Shown here: piece after piece, positions 45,723-55,531 of the stretch
Position numbering within the stretch: the first letter of the stretch is position 1
How the letters are laid out: each line of letters begins with the position of its first letter
IMG/VR virus record: IMGVR_UViG_3300045988_137753
Span: 1 to 58,009 of that record
DNA: 58,009 nucleotides
Strand: one strand, 5' to 3'
DNA from: a virus
The notes under the pieces: model-generated
The model's database searches: none
What the model saw: the letters and a program-made list of their open reading frames with translations, nothing else
What the model was told of the DNA's origin: nothing
Made by a program: the position numbers and the translations under genes

Positions 45723-47036
45723 TTGAAAATCTATAAAGAACAAAATGTACTAGATGCAGCATTTGAAAGATTAGAATATGCATTTACTGAATTTGACAAT
45801 CTATATTTTTCTGTAAGCGGTGGAAAAGATAGTTCGATAATGGTTCAATTAGCATCAAAAGTTGCAAGAAAAATGAATAAGAAATTTTCTGTATTGTATA
45901 TAGATTTAGAAGCACAATATAAAGCCACCATAGACCATGTTAAAGTATTAATAGATGAATGCGAAGATGTAATAGAAGATTGGTATTGGTGTGCGTTACC
46001 TCTTAGTTTAAGAAATGCAGTATCGGTTATTCAGCCTAAGTGGATATGCTGGGACAAGAAGGACAAAAGCAAATGGGTAAGACAAATGCCAACAGGCAAA
46101 TATAAAAAGTATGTTGTTAATGAAGATAATTACCCAGAAGAATGGACTTGGTTTGAGCGTGGTATGGAATTTGAGGAGTTTATATTATATTTTGCTCAAT
46201 GGTTTAATGAAAAACACGGCGGAATTACTGGGGCAGGAATAGGAATAAGAAGTGATGAGAGTCTTAACCGTTTTAGCACAATTATAAGCAACAAAAAAGT
46301 TCGTTATAAAGACAAGCCTTGGACAACACAAGTTAAATTCAAGCATCTACAAAACGTGTATAATTTTTATCCAATTTATGACTGGAGAACTGAGGATGAT
46401 TGGGGAGCGGTTGCAAAGCTTGACTTAAAGTTTAATGAAATATATGAACTGATGTACAAGAATGGAGTTAGCATACATGAACAAAGATTGTGCCAACCTT
46501 ATGGAGATGACCAAAGAAATGGGCTAGATCAATTTAAAGCACTTGAATATGAAACGTGGGAAAAGGTCCTTAATAGGGTACATGGAGTTAACTTTGGTAA
46601 TATATATGCAAGAACTTCTCTATTAGGGAATATAAAAAGTGAAAAGCCATCTAATATGACTTGGGAACAATATGCAGTATGGCTATTAGAAACTATAGGA
46701 TTATATGCACCAGAATTAAGGGACCATTATCATAAAAAAATAAGAACTTTCTTAGATTGGTATGAAAAAGAAGAAGGCATAAGAGTTGAAGATATAAAAG
46801 ATGAAGAAGATAGTAAACTTGAAACAGCTAAGAAGGTAGCTTCATGGAGAAGGATTGCTAGAGCAATTGAAAGGAATGACTTTTGGATGAAAAGATTATC
46901 TTTCGGGCAAACAAAAGGCGATGTAGAAAGAATGTTTGAACTTAAGAAAAAATATGCTGACTTATTAGATGCAGATGCAACAAATGATAAGCATCTAAAA
47001 CAAATAGCAAATGAATTAAATAAAGGAGTAGATTAA
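45723..47036 (+). CDS. PAPS reductase / PP-loop ATP pyrophosphatase family protein (IbrA / DndC-like)
   Basis: FSVSGGKDSSIM PP-loop; long C-terminal extension. Confidence 0.8.
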   Translation: MKIYKEQNVLDAAFERLEYAFTEFDNLYFSVSGGKDSSIMVQLASKVARKMNKKFSVLYIDLEAQYKATIDHVKVLIDECEDVIEDWYWCALPLSLRNAVSVIQPKWICWDKKDKSKWVRQMPTGKYKKYVVNEDNYPEEWTWFERGMEFEEFILYFAQWFNEKHGGITGAGIGIRSDESLNRFSTIISNKKVRYKDKPWTTQVKFKHLQNVYNFYPIYDWRTEDDWGAVAKLDLKFNEIYELMYKNGVSIHEQRLCQPYGDDQRNGLDQFKALEYETWEKVLNRVHGVNFGNIYARTSLLGNIKSEKPSNMTWEQYAVWLLETIGLYAPELRDHYHKKIRTFLDWYEKEEGIRVEDIKDEEDSKLETAKKVASWRRIARAIERNDFWMKRLSFGQTKGDVERMFELKKKYADLLDADATNDKHLKQIANELNKGVD

Positions 47037-47037
47037 T

Positions 47038-47688
47038 ATGAATGCAAGAATAGCAGAATTATTATTAGAACTTAAAAGAGAATTCAATAATATAGACAAC
47101 TTAGATGAAAAGGTGAGTACAATGAATACTATTAGAGCTAATCTATCTGATATATCACCATTTGAAGAACCTGTTGACTGTGTAAGATGGATACCAATGG
47201 ATAAGGTAAAAGCTAATGAATACAATCCAAACCGTGTGGCCTCAACTGAAATGAAATTACTTCATACATCTATAAAACTAGATGGATATACTCAACCAAT
47301 AGTAGCGTACAAACTTGATAATGGAGAATATGAGGTTGTAGACGGATTTCATAGAAATAGGGTAGGAAAAGAATATAAGGATATAAATAAACGTATACAT
47401 GGATATTTGCCACTTGTAATACTAGATAAACCATTGGATGAACGTATAGGAAGTACAATAAGACATAATAGAGCTAGAGGGACACATCAAATACGTTCTA
47501 TGAGTGAAATAGTAATCGACCTATCAAAAGCTGGATGGACAGATGAAGAAATATGCAAGAAGATAGGAATGGAACTAGATGAGGTAATTAAATTAAAACA
47601 AATTACAGGTTTAAAAGAAGCTTTCCAAAATCACGAGTTTAGCAAATCCTGGGAGGAATTTGAAAAGAAATATTATGAAAACAAGTAA
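47038..47688 (+). CDS. ParB-like nuclease domain protein (IbrB / DndB-like)
   Basis: NEYNPNRV...VVDGFHRNRV...RHNRARG ParB/Srx motifs. Confidence 0.75.
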   Translation: MNARIAELLLELKREFNNIDNLDEKVSTMNTIRANLSDISPFEEPVDCVRWIPMDKVKANEYNPNRVASTEMKLLHTSIKLDGYTQPIVAYKLDNGEYEVVDGFHRNRVGKEYKDINKRIHGYLPLVILDKPLDERIGSTIRHNRARGTHQIRSMSEIVIDLSKAGWTDEEICKKIGMELDEVIKLKQITGLKEAFQNHEFSKSWEEFEKKYYENK

Positions 47689-47878
47689 ATTGCTATGTAT
47701 GATACTAGATAATGAAGGGGAGATTGAAAGCAGCAATCTCCTTTTCTTCTTAAAAGAATTAACAAAGTTAGGTTATATAGAAGTTAATGGAACAAGGATG
47801 AAATTAACTGATAAGGGGGTATATTATGCAAGATCTAAAAACAATGACAATAGAAGAACTCAGACAATTGGCGACTAG
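47660..47878 (+). CDS. hypothetical small (winged-helix-like) protein; start uncertain
   Basis: ORF in track; overlaps both neighbouring genes. Confidence 0.3.
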   Translation: MKRNIMKTSKLLCMILDNEGEIESSNLLFFLKELTKLGYIEVNGTRMKLTDKGVYYARSKNNDNRRTQTIGD

Positions 47879-48338
47879 TATAAAAGTTGAATTAGATAAT
47901 AGGATAAAGGAACTTAAAGAAGTTAAAAAAGAAGTAGAAGAAGTATGTTTAAATGAATATAAATTTTATTTTAAAACTGAATGTACATTTAGAAATAGAG
48001 GGTATGTAGCTAGATGTTACTATGATGAGAAACTGCAAAGAAAATTTAAAAAGTTAGAAGAAACAGAGTATGGGAAAAATTTACTTATTGAAGGCTGTTA
48101 TAATGCAAAAGAAAACGATGTATTGGATATTAGATATAGAAATAGCGAATATGGAGAAAGTGGATACTATATTGTTTTAGAAGGGAAATTAACTAAAATA
48201 TGTGATATATCCGATATTCATAAAGTATCTTCTGTCAAGAGATATTTAAAAGGTGAAATTATATTTGAAAACTTTTTAGAAATAGTTGGATTAAAAGAAA
48301 TAGAAGTGGGTGTTATAGATGAATTATTTGAAGACTAA
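47826..48338 (+). CDS. hypothetical protein
   Basis: 170-aa ORF after AAGGGGG. Confidence 0.5.
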   Translation: MQDLKTMTIEELRQLATSIKVELDNRIKELKEVKKEVEEVCLNEYKFYFKTECTFRNRGYVARCYYDEKLQRKFKKLEETEYGKNLLIEGCYNAKENDVLDIRYRNSEYGESGYYIVLEGKLTKICDISDIHKVSSVKRYLKGEIIFENFLEIVGLKEIEVGVIDELFED

Positions 48339-49755
48339 TATGTTTGAACATCAAGAAAAAGCCTTTAATAAAATCAAAAAACTTAAAGCATGTGCCTTGT
48401 TTATGGATATGGGTACAGGCAAAACTAGAACAATGCTTGAATATATCCAGTTAAAGCTTAATCAAGGAAAAATAAATAAGGTGTTTTGGATATGCCCTTG
48501 CAGTACTAAGAAAAACCTTAGAGAGGATATATTTAAGCATTCTATATTTTCATCCAATTATGTTGAAAAAATAAAAGATGAATTAATAGTAATAATAGGA
48601 ACTGAAACTATAAGCCAATCAAACAAATTCTATATAAAAACTAGAAATTTAATAGAAAAATATCATCATTCATTATTAATAATAGACGAAAGCCATATGA
48701 TAAAGAACCACAAAGCAATCAGAACACGAAGATTACTTGATTTAGGGCAAATAGCAGAATATAGAGCGATACTTACAGGCACACCAGTTACACAAGGCAT
48801 ATGGGACCTATTTACTCAATTTTACTTTCTTCATCCAAAAATTTTAGGATATAATTCATTCTATGCTTTTGCTGCTAATCATTTAGAGTATTCTGAAAAA
48901 TATCCAGGGCAAATAATTAATACGCATAATACGGACTATATAACAAAGAAGATTAATCCTTATATCTATCAAATAACTAAAAAGGAGTGTTTGGATCTTC
49001 CTCCCAAAACCTATACCAATAGATATTTTGATTTTGATAGTAAGCAATATGAAATATATCAAACAATCAAGAATTACTATGTTAACCAAATTAGTTATGA
49101 TAATTTTATCGGAGAATGCATACTTAATATGATTAATGCATTGTATAGAGTTGCTAGCGGATATATAGATATAGAATTAGACCCACCCATATACCATGGA
49201 AGAGAGATTATAACTCACTTGCAATACAAGGGATATGAAAGAGCAATAGAAACAATTACTCAGTTATCAAATATTCCTTCTAATACAAAATGTATTATCT
49301 GGCACAGATATAATAGTGATCTCGAATTGTTATCAGAAAAATTAAATGAGAATGATATTAAATATGTATGCATTAATGGTGGAATATCTCAAAATCAGCG
49401 AGAATTGAATATAAACAATTTCAAGACATCAAACGACATAAATGTATTAGTAGCTAATATAAACATTGGAAATGTGGGTTTAAATCTACAAGAGGCTAAT
49501 TATATGATATATTATAATTCTACTTTTGAATATGCTAAAAGGAAGCAGTCAGAAGATAGAATATATAGAATAGGGCAAAATAAGAACTGCCATATAATAG
49601 ACATTCTTTCTAATTCCGGAATAGATAGCATGATGGAAGGCAATATATATAATAAAACAAATCTTATTAGAGATATAAGAAATAAAATAAATGAAATAAA
49701 AGATGATAAAGAAAAGATAGAAGAATTCAAACAAAAAATATTAGATGAATATTAA
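48319..49755 (+). CDS. SNF2-family helicase
   Basis: MDMGTGKT (motif I), LLIIDESHMIKN (motif II), LTGTP, QSEDRIYRIGQ (motif VI). Confidence 0.85.
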   Translation: MNYLKTNMFEHQEKAFNKIKKLKACALFMDMGTGKTRTMLEYIQLKLNQGKINKVFWICPCSTKKNLREDIFKHSIFSSNYVEKIKDELIVIIGTETISQSNKFYIKTRNLIEKYHHSLLIIDESHMIKNHKAIRTRRLLDLGQIAEYRAILTGTPVTQGIWDLFTQFYFLHPKILGYNSFYAFAANHLEYSEKYPGQIINTHNTDYITKKINPYIYQITKKECLDLPPKTYTNRYFDFDSKQYEIYQTIKNYYVNQISYDNFIGECILNMINALYRVASGYIDIELDPPIYHGREIITHLQYKGYERAIETITQLSNIPSNTKCIIWHRYNSDLELLSEKLNENDIKYVCINGGISQNQRELNINNFKTSNDINVLVANINIGNVGLNLQEANYMIYYNSTFEYAKRKQSEDRIYRIGQNKNCHIIDILSNSGIDSMMEGNIYNKTNLIRDIRNKINEIKDDKEKIEEFKQKILDEY

Positions 49756-49990
49756 AATGGGGTAGCTTATGCACAAGCACATACTACCCCATAAACACTA
49801 ACCATATCATAAACCGTGTATTAAATATCTAAACAAGTTTAGAACGTTTCACTTATCAAATACACTTGATATAGTGTATGCAAATCACTGGCTAAAAATT
49901 GCATGTCCTTTCATATTTAACACATATTTAACATTTAATTCCTAACTGCTATGATTGCCTGTGGATAAAATTGTGGATAAAATATAATAA

Positions 49991-50220
49991 CTGACTTTTT
50001 ACTGACATTTTAAATGTATTCATGGTTGTGTTATTGAATATAACTTCACTTGATAAACATAGTCAATCACACGTACAATGTGACAAAGACCATTGCAAAC
50101 TTCGGTATTGAATGGCAAGTGCAAGTATTTTTAGTACTTGCACTTGTAACTAATGGTAATTTTTACTATATTTAAGACTGACAATGCACTGACAACTGAC
50201 AATCAAACTGACAACTGACA
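49991..50220. promoter_or_regulatory. attP region with ACTGACA direct repeats (candidate integrase arm sites) and a 12-bp perfect palindrome
   Basis: CTGAC(A) at 49991, 50002, 50178, 50189, 50196, 50208 and 50215; CAAGTGCAAGTA-7 nt-TACTTGCACTTG at 50116-50146. Confidence 0.45.
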
Positions 50221-51342
50221 TTACTTTTTAAATAGCATATCTTCCAAATTATCACTTGCTTTTTTATCCATTTCATCAAGTGTATGAGTGTATATATTTA
50301 ATGTGGTCCTTATATCTGAATGCCCTAACCTAGTTGATACTGTCTTTATATCTGTGCCAGCTGCAATTGATAGAGTAGCAGATGAATGCCTTAAATCATA
50401 CATTCTAATCCTTCTTAAATCGTATCTATCGCAAAATCTAGCAAATTGATGAAATAATGTATTCATTTTCCACATTTCCAATCTTGTATTTAAGCATACT
50501 AAATTATACTGATTAAATAAAACACCATCATTTATTAGTCTATTTTGCCTTTCTTTCTCTTTTATCATTTTTTCAATTAAATAATTAGGTACAGTTATTA
50601 TTCTTTTAGAATTCTCTGTTTTAGGATCTTTAAAATAAGAGTTTCCCTCAAGCTCATAAATACTTTTATTAACAAAAATAGTATTTTTTTTGAAATCAAC
50701 ATCATCCCAACTTAATGCCATAGCTTCACCTTTTCTAAGGCCTGCGAGTAACATTAACAATAAAGGTAATTCTAACGCTTTATTTTCTACACATTTAATA
50801 GCTTTTAATGCTTCTTCTTTGGTCCAACTGGTAGCCTTAACCTTGATGTTTTTTTTAGGAACTTTTATAAAATCTGTTATATTTTCACTTATTTCTTTAA
50901 ATCTATAAGCATCTCTTAAAACTACTCTAAGAGAAGCATAGCGAGCTTCCGCACTACTCCCCCCGTGTTCTTTATATATTTTATTTACCCATTGCTGTAA
51001 TTGATATACAGTCACATCATTTAATTTAGTATTCGTAAAAAAAGGCTCTATAGATACCTTTATGATGCTTTTTCTTTTCTTGATAGTATATGGGGATAAA
51101 TTATTAGTATTATCTTCTAAAAATTTATAACATCTATCTACTAATGTTATATCTTTACTTATCACAAAGCTGTTTTTATTAATAGAACTTTTTAGATCAA
51201 TAAGATGTTTATCTGCTTCCTTTTTAGAATCATATTTGCCAACACTTTTTTGTTTTAGTTTCCCTTTTTCATCATAGTATTCAACTATAACATTATAATT
51301 GTTACCTCTCTTACGAATAAATGTGCTTTTTATATTATCCAA
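50221..51342 (-). CDS. int: tyrosine integrase
   Basis: RKGEAMALSWDDVD, MYDLRHSSAT, RLGHSDIRTTLNIYTH catalytic blocks. Confidence 0.9.
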   Translation of the reverse strand: MDNIKSTFIRKRGNNYNVIVEYYDEKGKLKQKSVGKYDSKKEADKHLIDLKSSINKNSFVISKDITLVDRCYKFLEDNTNNLSPYTIKKRKSIIKVSIEPFFTNTKLNDVTVYQLQQWVNKIYKEHGGSSAEARYASLRVVLRDAYRFKEISENITDFIKVPKKNIKVKATSWTKEEALKAIKCVENKALELPLLLMLLAGLRKGEAMALSWDDVDFKKNTIFVNKSIYELEGNSYFKDPKTENSKRIITVPNYLIEKMIKEKERQNRLINDGVLFNQYNLVCLNTRLEMWKMNTLFHQFARFCDRYDLRRIRMYDLRHSSATLSIAAGTDIKTVSTRLGHSDIRTTLNIYTHTLDEMDKKASDNLEDMLFKK

Positions 51343-51598
51343 TCTTGAACACTCCTAGTTCTTCTGAAAATTCAACTTTATTCAATTCTTTATCTATAAG
51401 CCAATCACTAAGTTCATAAGGACTTATTTTTAATTTATTTGAAATATTTATTATCTGCTTAATTGTCACATTCTTTTTTTTATGCTTGCTTTCTAATTCA
51501 CTCAAAAAACTCTGAGATAAATTGCATTTTATAGCTAATTCCTTTTGTGTTAATCTTTGTTTTTTTCTTGCTTCTTTTATCATTATTTTTCCTCTCAA
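51335..51598 (-). CDS. XRE-family HTH protein
   Basis: LTQKELAIKCNLSQSFLSELE. Confidence 0.7.
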   Translation of the reverse strand: MRGKIMIKEARKKQRLTQKELAIKCNLSQSFLSELESKHKKKNVTIKQIINISNKLKISPYELSDWLIDKELNKVEFSEELGVFKIG

Positions 51599-51698
51599 AT
51601 GTCATTTATATTTACACTTAAAATGTCAAATCAGGTCGTAAATATCGCTATCAGCGATATTTTTTATGTTACAATTTTATTAGAAAGGGGGAGATGCG

Positions 51699-51806
51699 AT
51701 GAAAAAAGAAGAGTTTATTAAAAAAGTATTAAAGATAAAAAAAGAAAATAAAGATGATTATAAAAAAATAATTGATAAAATTAATGAACTAAGACAAGTA
51801 AAGTAA
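51699..51806 (+). CDS. hypothetical 35-aa Lys-rich peptide
   Basis: AAGGGGGAG RBS. Confidence 0.3.
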   Translation: MKKEEFIKKVLKIKKENKDDYKKIIDKINELRQVK

Positions 51807-51807
51807 T

Positions 51808-52137
51808 TTATTTGTCTTTTCTTTTTTTTATCATAGTTTGAATCATAGTATCAATTAATTCTTTATTGTCTTCACTTAAATCTGAATACTTTTTATATAA
51901 ACTACTTATTTCATCATATTCTTTATTTAAATATTCATCATCCCCTCTTAATAGAAAATCTATTGTTACATGAAAGTAGTCAGCTATTTTTATTAATGTC
52001 TCGGCATCAGGAAACCTCCTATTTGTTACCCAGTTTGAAACAGATCCACGCTTTACATTTAATGTATCAGCTAAGTCTTTTTGAGTAATACCATTACTTT
52101 TTATTAAAAATTGAAGCCTATCACCAAAGCTAGTCAT
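51808..52137 (-). CDS. CI-like repressor (XRE HTH, no peptidase domain)
   Basis: ITQKDLADTLNVKRGSVSNWVTNRR; GGGAGGTG RBS before the sixth-codon ATG; divergent from the cro-like gene. Confidence 0.7.
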   Translation of the reverse strand: MTSFGDRLQFLIKSNGITQKDLADTLNVKRGSVSNWVTNRRFPDAETLIKIADYFHVTIDFLLRGDDEYLNKEYDEISSLYKKYSDLSEDNKELIDTMIQTMIKKRKDK

Positions 52138-52195
52138 ATCAACACCTCCCATTACTTCAAATATACCATAATTAATAATTATATGAAAGTTATAG

Positions 52196-52289
52196 CTTCA
52201 ATATGAATATTTTTTCGAAAAAAATTAAAAATAATATTGACAACTTCAATATGAAGCATTAACATATAAGTATAAACTTCAATATGAAG
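52196..52289. promoter_or_regulatory. immunity operator cluster, three copies of palindrome CTTCA-ATA-TGAAG, with TTGACA -35
   Basis: Copies at 52196-52207 (last base differs), 52244-52256 and 52277-52289; TTGACA at 52238-52243. Confidence 0.6.
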
Positions 52290-52317
52290 CTAGAACAAAT
52301 TAAAGGAGGTTGTATAA

Positions 52318-52548
52318 ATGCCAAACAATGTTGCTGGATTTAGAGCAAAATACAAAATACCTCAAAGGGTATTAGCTGATTTATTAAATATAAAATTGCC
52401 AACATATTGCAATAAAGAAAATAATGTCAGAGCTGAATTCACAAGAAGCGAAATGGTTTCAATAACAATATTTTTCAAGCAATATGAACCACAAATAACA
52501 ATGGATGACTTATTTTTTTATCCAAAAGTGCTTCATAAAGAAGCATAA
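52318..52548 (+). CDS. Cro-like HTH regulator
   Basis: IPQRVLADLLNIKLPTYCNKEN; first gene of the rightward early operon. Confidence 0.6.
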   Translation: MPNNVAGFRAKYKIPQRVLADLLNIKLPTYCNKENNVRAEFTRSEMVSITIFFKQYEPQITMDDLFFYPKVLHKEA

Positions 52549-52587
52549 CATATTAAGTTAACAAAAACATTAGGGGGATGATGGAAT

Positions 52588-52767
52588 ATGAAGAAAGTTT
52601 TAACAGTCAATGATGTACAAGAAATACTACAAATATCTCAAAAAACAGCTTACAACTTAGTAAGACAAGCTTTAACTGCTGGAGATATGTTCAAAGTAAT
52701 AAAAATAGGTGGAGTTTATAGAATTCCAACTGAACCTTTTTTAAATTGGCTAGACCAAATGGATTAA
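52588..52767 (+). CDS. excisionase-family HTH DNA-binding protein (59 aa)
   Basis: LTVNDVQEILQISQKTAYNLV...VYRIPTEPFLNWL. Confidence 0.55.
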   Translation: MKKVLTVNDVQEILQISQKTAYNLVRQALTAGDMFKVIKIGGVYRIPTEPFLNWLDQMD

Positions 52768-52784
52768 AAGGAGGGGAGTAATAA

Positions 52785-52910
52785 ATGTCAGTAACTTGGA
52801 TACTTAAGATTTATTGTAATCTTATAAGAACAGGTGAGGCAGAAAATGATTGGGAAGAATATTTTAAATTTCAAGATATGGTATTAAGAAAAATAAATAA
52901 GGGGGAATAG
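52785..52910 (+). CDS. hypothetical 41-aa protein
   Basis: AGGAGGGGAG RBS. Confidence 0.35.
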   Translation: MSVTWILKIYCNLIRTGEAENDWEEYFKFQDMVLRKINKGE

Positions 52911-52913
52911 CAT

Positions 52914-53678
52914 ATGTCAGATTTATATTTAAGTTATAAAACATTTAGTAATAATGAATTTGGAGAAATAAGAGTATTAGAAATAAAAGAAAAAACATAT
53001 GCAGTAGCAAATGACGTAGCAAAAGCATTAGGATATAAAAACCCAACTGATGCAGTAAACACAAAGTGCATGAACATCGTAAAACACGAGGTTGAAAATT
53101 CAAGAGGACAAATGAGAATGACAAATATAATACCAGAAGGTGACATATACAGATTAATAATAGGCAGTAAATTACCAAATGCAGAAAAGTTTGAAAGATG
53201 GATATTTGATGAAGTTTTACCTTCTATAAGAAAACATGGAGCTTATATGACAGAGAATACAATAGAAAAAGCATTAACTAGTCCAGATTTTCTTATACAG
53301 TTAGCAACTAAGTTAAAAGAGGAACAAGAAAAATCTAAACAACTAGAGGACAAGCTAGAGAAAAATAGTAAGATGCTGAACCAAATATCTGCTAGTAAAA
53401 ATTCCTTATTGGTTAGGGAAGTAGCTAAGATACTAAGTAATCACCACGGCATAGTTATAGGAGAAAAGAAATTGTATCAAAAGCTTAGAGATTGGGGCTG
53501 GATATTTAAGAATAGTACAGAAGCTAAGCAAGAAGCGATAATACATGGATACTTAGAAGTAAGAGAAGGGACTAGAGAAAGTTCTAAAGGAGTATTTACA
53601 TTCCATACAACTCGCGTAACCGGAAAAGGACAAAGAAAGATATTAGAAAAATTATTGGAAGAATTAGAAAATAAGTAA
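52914..53678 (+). CDS. antirepressor (Bro-N / KilAC type)
   Basis: FGEIRVLEIKEKTYAVANDVAKALGY..., ERWIFDEVLPSIRKHGAY, and a C-terminal KilAC-like segment. Confidence 0.8.
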   Translation: MSDLYLSYKTFSNNEFGEIRVLEIKEKTYAVANDVAKALGYKNPTDAVNTKCMNIVKHEVENSRGQMRMTNIIPEGDIYRLIIGSKLPNAEKFERWIFDEVLPSIRKHGAYMTENTIEKALTSPDFLIQLATKLKEEQEKSKQLEDKLEKNSKMLNQISASKNSLLVREVAKILSNHHGIVIGEKKLYQKLRDWGWIFKNSTEAKQEAIIHGYLEVREGTRESSKGVFTFHTTRVTGKGQRKILEKLLEELENK

Positions 53679-53735
53679 TACAAGTTTTAACTGAGGTCCA
53701 AATGGATGCGAGTGAATATTAAAGGGGGTTATATA

Positions 53736-53882
53736 ATGCAAGACTATATTAAACATTTACAAAGTCAAATAGAGTACTGGCAGAGAATTGCCCTAGCAGA
53801 AAGAGAAAAGAACATTAAATTAGAAGAAATCATTAAGAAAATTGAAAAAAAGATATACAACTTAGAGGATAAGGAGGATTAA
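53736..53882 (+). CDS. hypothetical 48-aa coiled protein
   Basis: AAGGGGG RBS. Confidence 0.4.
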   Translation: MQDYIKHLQSQIEYWQRIALAEREKNIKLEEIIKKIEKKIYNLEDKED

Positions 53883-53883
53883 T

Positions 53884-54189
53884 ATGAACTGGATATTAGA
53901 TGAAGTCAGAGAAAGTATTAAAAATAAGATTACAGTATGTGAGAGTTTCATGGAACTATGTGATGAACAAATTAAAAATTATAAAAATAGATATGAAACT
54001 AATAGAGTAGGAGAAGCAGCAAACCATGAATACTGGAGAGCATGCAAAATAAGAACAGCATACGAAATCAAGGATTTAAAAGAAATATTGCAGGAAATAG
54101 ATGCAATGATGCAAGAAGAAATTAAACAACTAGAGGAAGCAGATGAAGATGAAAGAGAAAATAGAGCAGATGCTTACATGGGAATATAA
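53884..54189 (+). CDS. hypothetical protein
   Basis: 101-aa ORF after AAGGAGGA. Confidence 0.5.
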   Translation: MNWILDEVRESIKNKITVCESFMELCDEQIKNYKNRYETNRVGEAANHEYWRACKIRTAYEIKDLKEILQEIDAMMQEEIKQLEEADEDERENRADAYMGI

Positions 54190-54288
54190 AAATAGAACCT
54201 ACGGCAATAGGTCCTATCTTTAGAAAAAGTTAAGTAATTAGAAATTTACTTTTTCTATATTATATCACGAAAGGATATGATTTAGAAC

Positions 54289-54597
54289 ATGAAAATTAGA
54301 GATTTATTTCAAGGATGTAATCAGGCTTTTAGAAATAGTGAACCTACATTTCAAGCTAGGCTATTATATGCAGAATTAAGTAGTCCTTATGATGTATATG
54401 CAGATAGCAAATGGGGTTATATAGATGCAGCAAAGGAATGTTTAGAAGGATATAAACCAATCGAAGAACTGGAGGAATATGTCAAACAATACGAAATAGA
54501 TAATAGTCCTTTAGATGAATATGATTTAAGTTATTGCCTTGCAATAAAAGATTTCATAAAACAAGAGAAATTAAAGGAGTGTGGAACTAATGAATAA
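54289..54597 (+). CDS. hypothetical protein
   Basis: 102-aa ORF. Confidence 0.5.
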   Translation: MKIRDLFQGCNQAFRNSEPTFQARLLYAELSSPYDVYADSKWGYIDAAKECLEGYKPIEELEEYVKQYEIDNSPLDEYDLSYCLAIKDFIKQEKLKECGTNE

Positions 54598-55477
54598 CAA
54601 TAATGCATTGCAGTTAGCAACTTATACATTAGAAGGTGGACAAGTATTAAATGCTGAAACTGTAAAAAATTATTTAGTAAGCGGTAATGGAAACATAACA
54701 GACCAAGAAACAATGATGTTTATAGAATTATGCAAGGCACAAAAGTTGAATCCTTTTATAAGAGAAGCGTATATTATTAAATTCGGTAATAGTCCAGCAA
54801 ATATAGTAGTCGGTAAAGATGTGTTTGTTAAAAGAGCATATAGAAATCCAAGATTTGAAGGCATGAAAGCTGGAATAGTAACGATTGATAAAGACGGAAA
54901 CATGATAGAAAGAGAAGGAGCATTAAAAGGTATAAATGAAAAATTAATCGGTGGATGGGCTGAAGTATATGTAAAGGATATGAAGTTCCCTATTAAGTCA
55001 ACAGTAAGTATGGAAGAATACAGTAAGGGACAGTCAACATGGAAGCAAATGCCTTGTGTAATGATTAGAAAATGTGCAATGGTAACGGCATTAAGAGAGG
55101 CATTTCCGGAAGATTTACAAGGATTATATGATGCATCTGAAATGGGAATAGATACAAAACTACCGGAAAAAGAAATAATTCCAGGCATGGCATCAACTAA
55201 GCAAAAGAATAAGATAATGGCAATGGCATCACAAAAGGGATTATATGATTTCAATAATCCTAAAGACATAAAAGAATTAGAGTATTTCTGTACTAGCAAT
55301 GGATACGATTTAAAACATCTTAAATTTGAAGAAGCAGATGAAGTATTACAACTTTTAATTGAATATGATCCAAAGGTTGATGATGTAACTGTAGATGATG
55401 AAATACAAGATGTAGAGTTTAATGAAGTCACTGAAACTGATGAAAGTAATATAGAAGGGCAAGTTAGTTTATTGTAA
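54590..55477 (+). CDS. recT: RecT-family single-strand annealing recombinase
   Basis: FIELCKAQKLNPFIREAYIIKFG..., WKQMPCVMIRKCAMVTALREAFPE. Confidence 0.8.
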   Translation: MNNNNALQLATYTLEGGQVLNAETVKNYLVSGNGNITDQETMMFIELCKAQKLNPFIREAYIIKFGNSPANIVVGKDVFVKRAYRNPRFEGMKAGIVTIDKDGNMIEREGALKGINEKLIGGWAEVYVKDMKFPIKSTVSMEEYSKGQSTWKQMPCVMIRKCAMVTALREAFPEDLQGLYDASEMGIDTKLPEKEIIPGMASTKQKNKIMAMASQKGLYDFNNPKDIKELEYFCTSNGYDLKHLKFEEADEVLQLLIEYDPKVDDVTVDDEIQDVEFNEVTETDESNIEGQVSLL

Positions 55478-55531
55478 TAGGTTGAGGATTAATTCCTCTT
55501 CCTAATCAAAAGACAAAGTGAGGTGAAAGAA

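Noticed and set aside
54670-55431. 253-aa antisense ORF inside recT
   Set aside because: It overlaps a clearly recognisable RecT gene on the other strand. Its Ser/Phe/Ile-rich composition is typical of antisense frames in AT-rich DNA.
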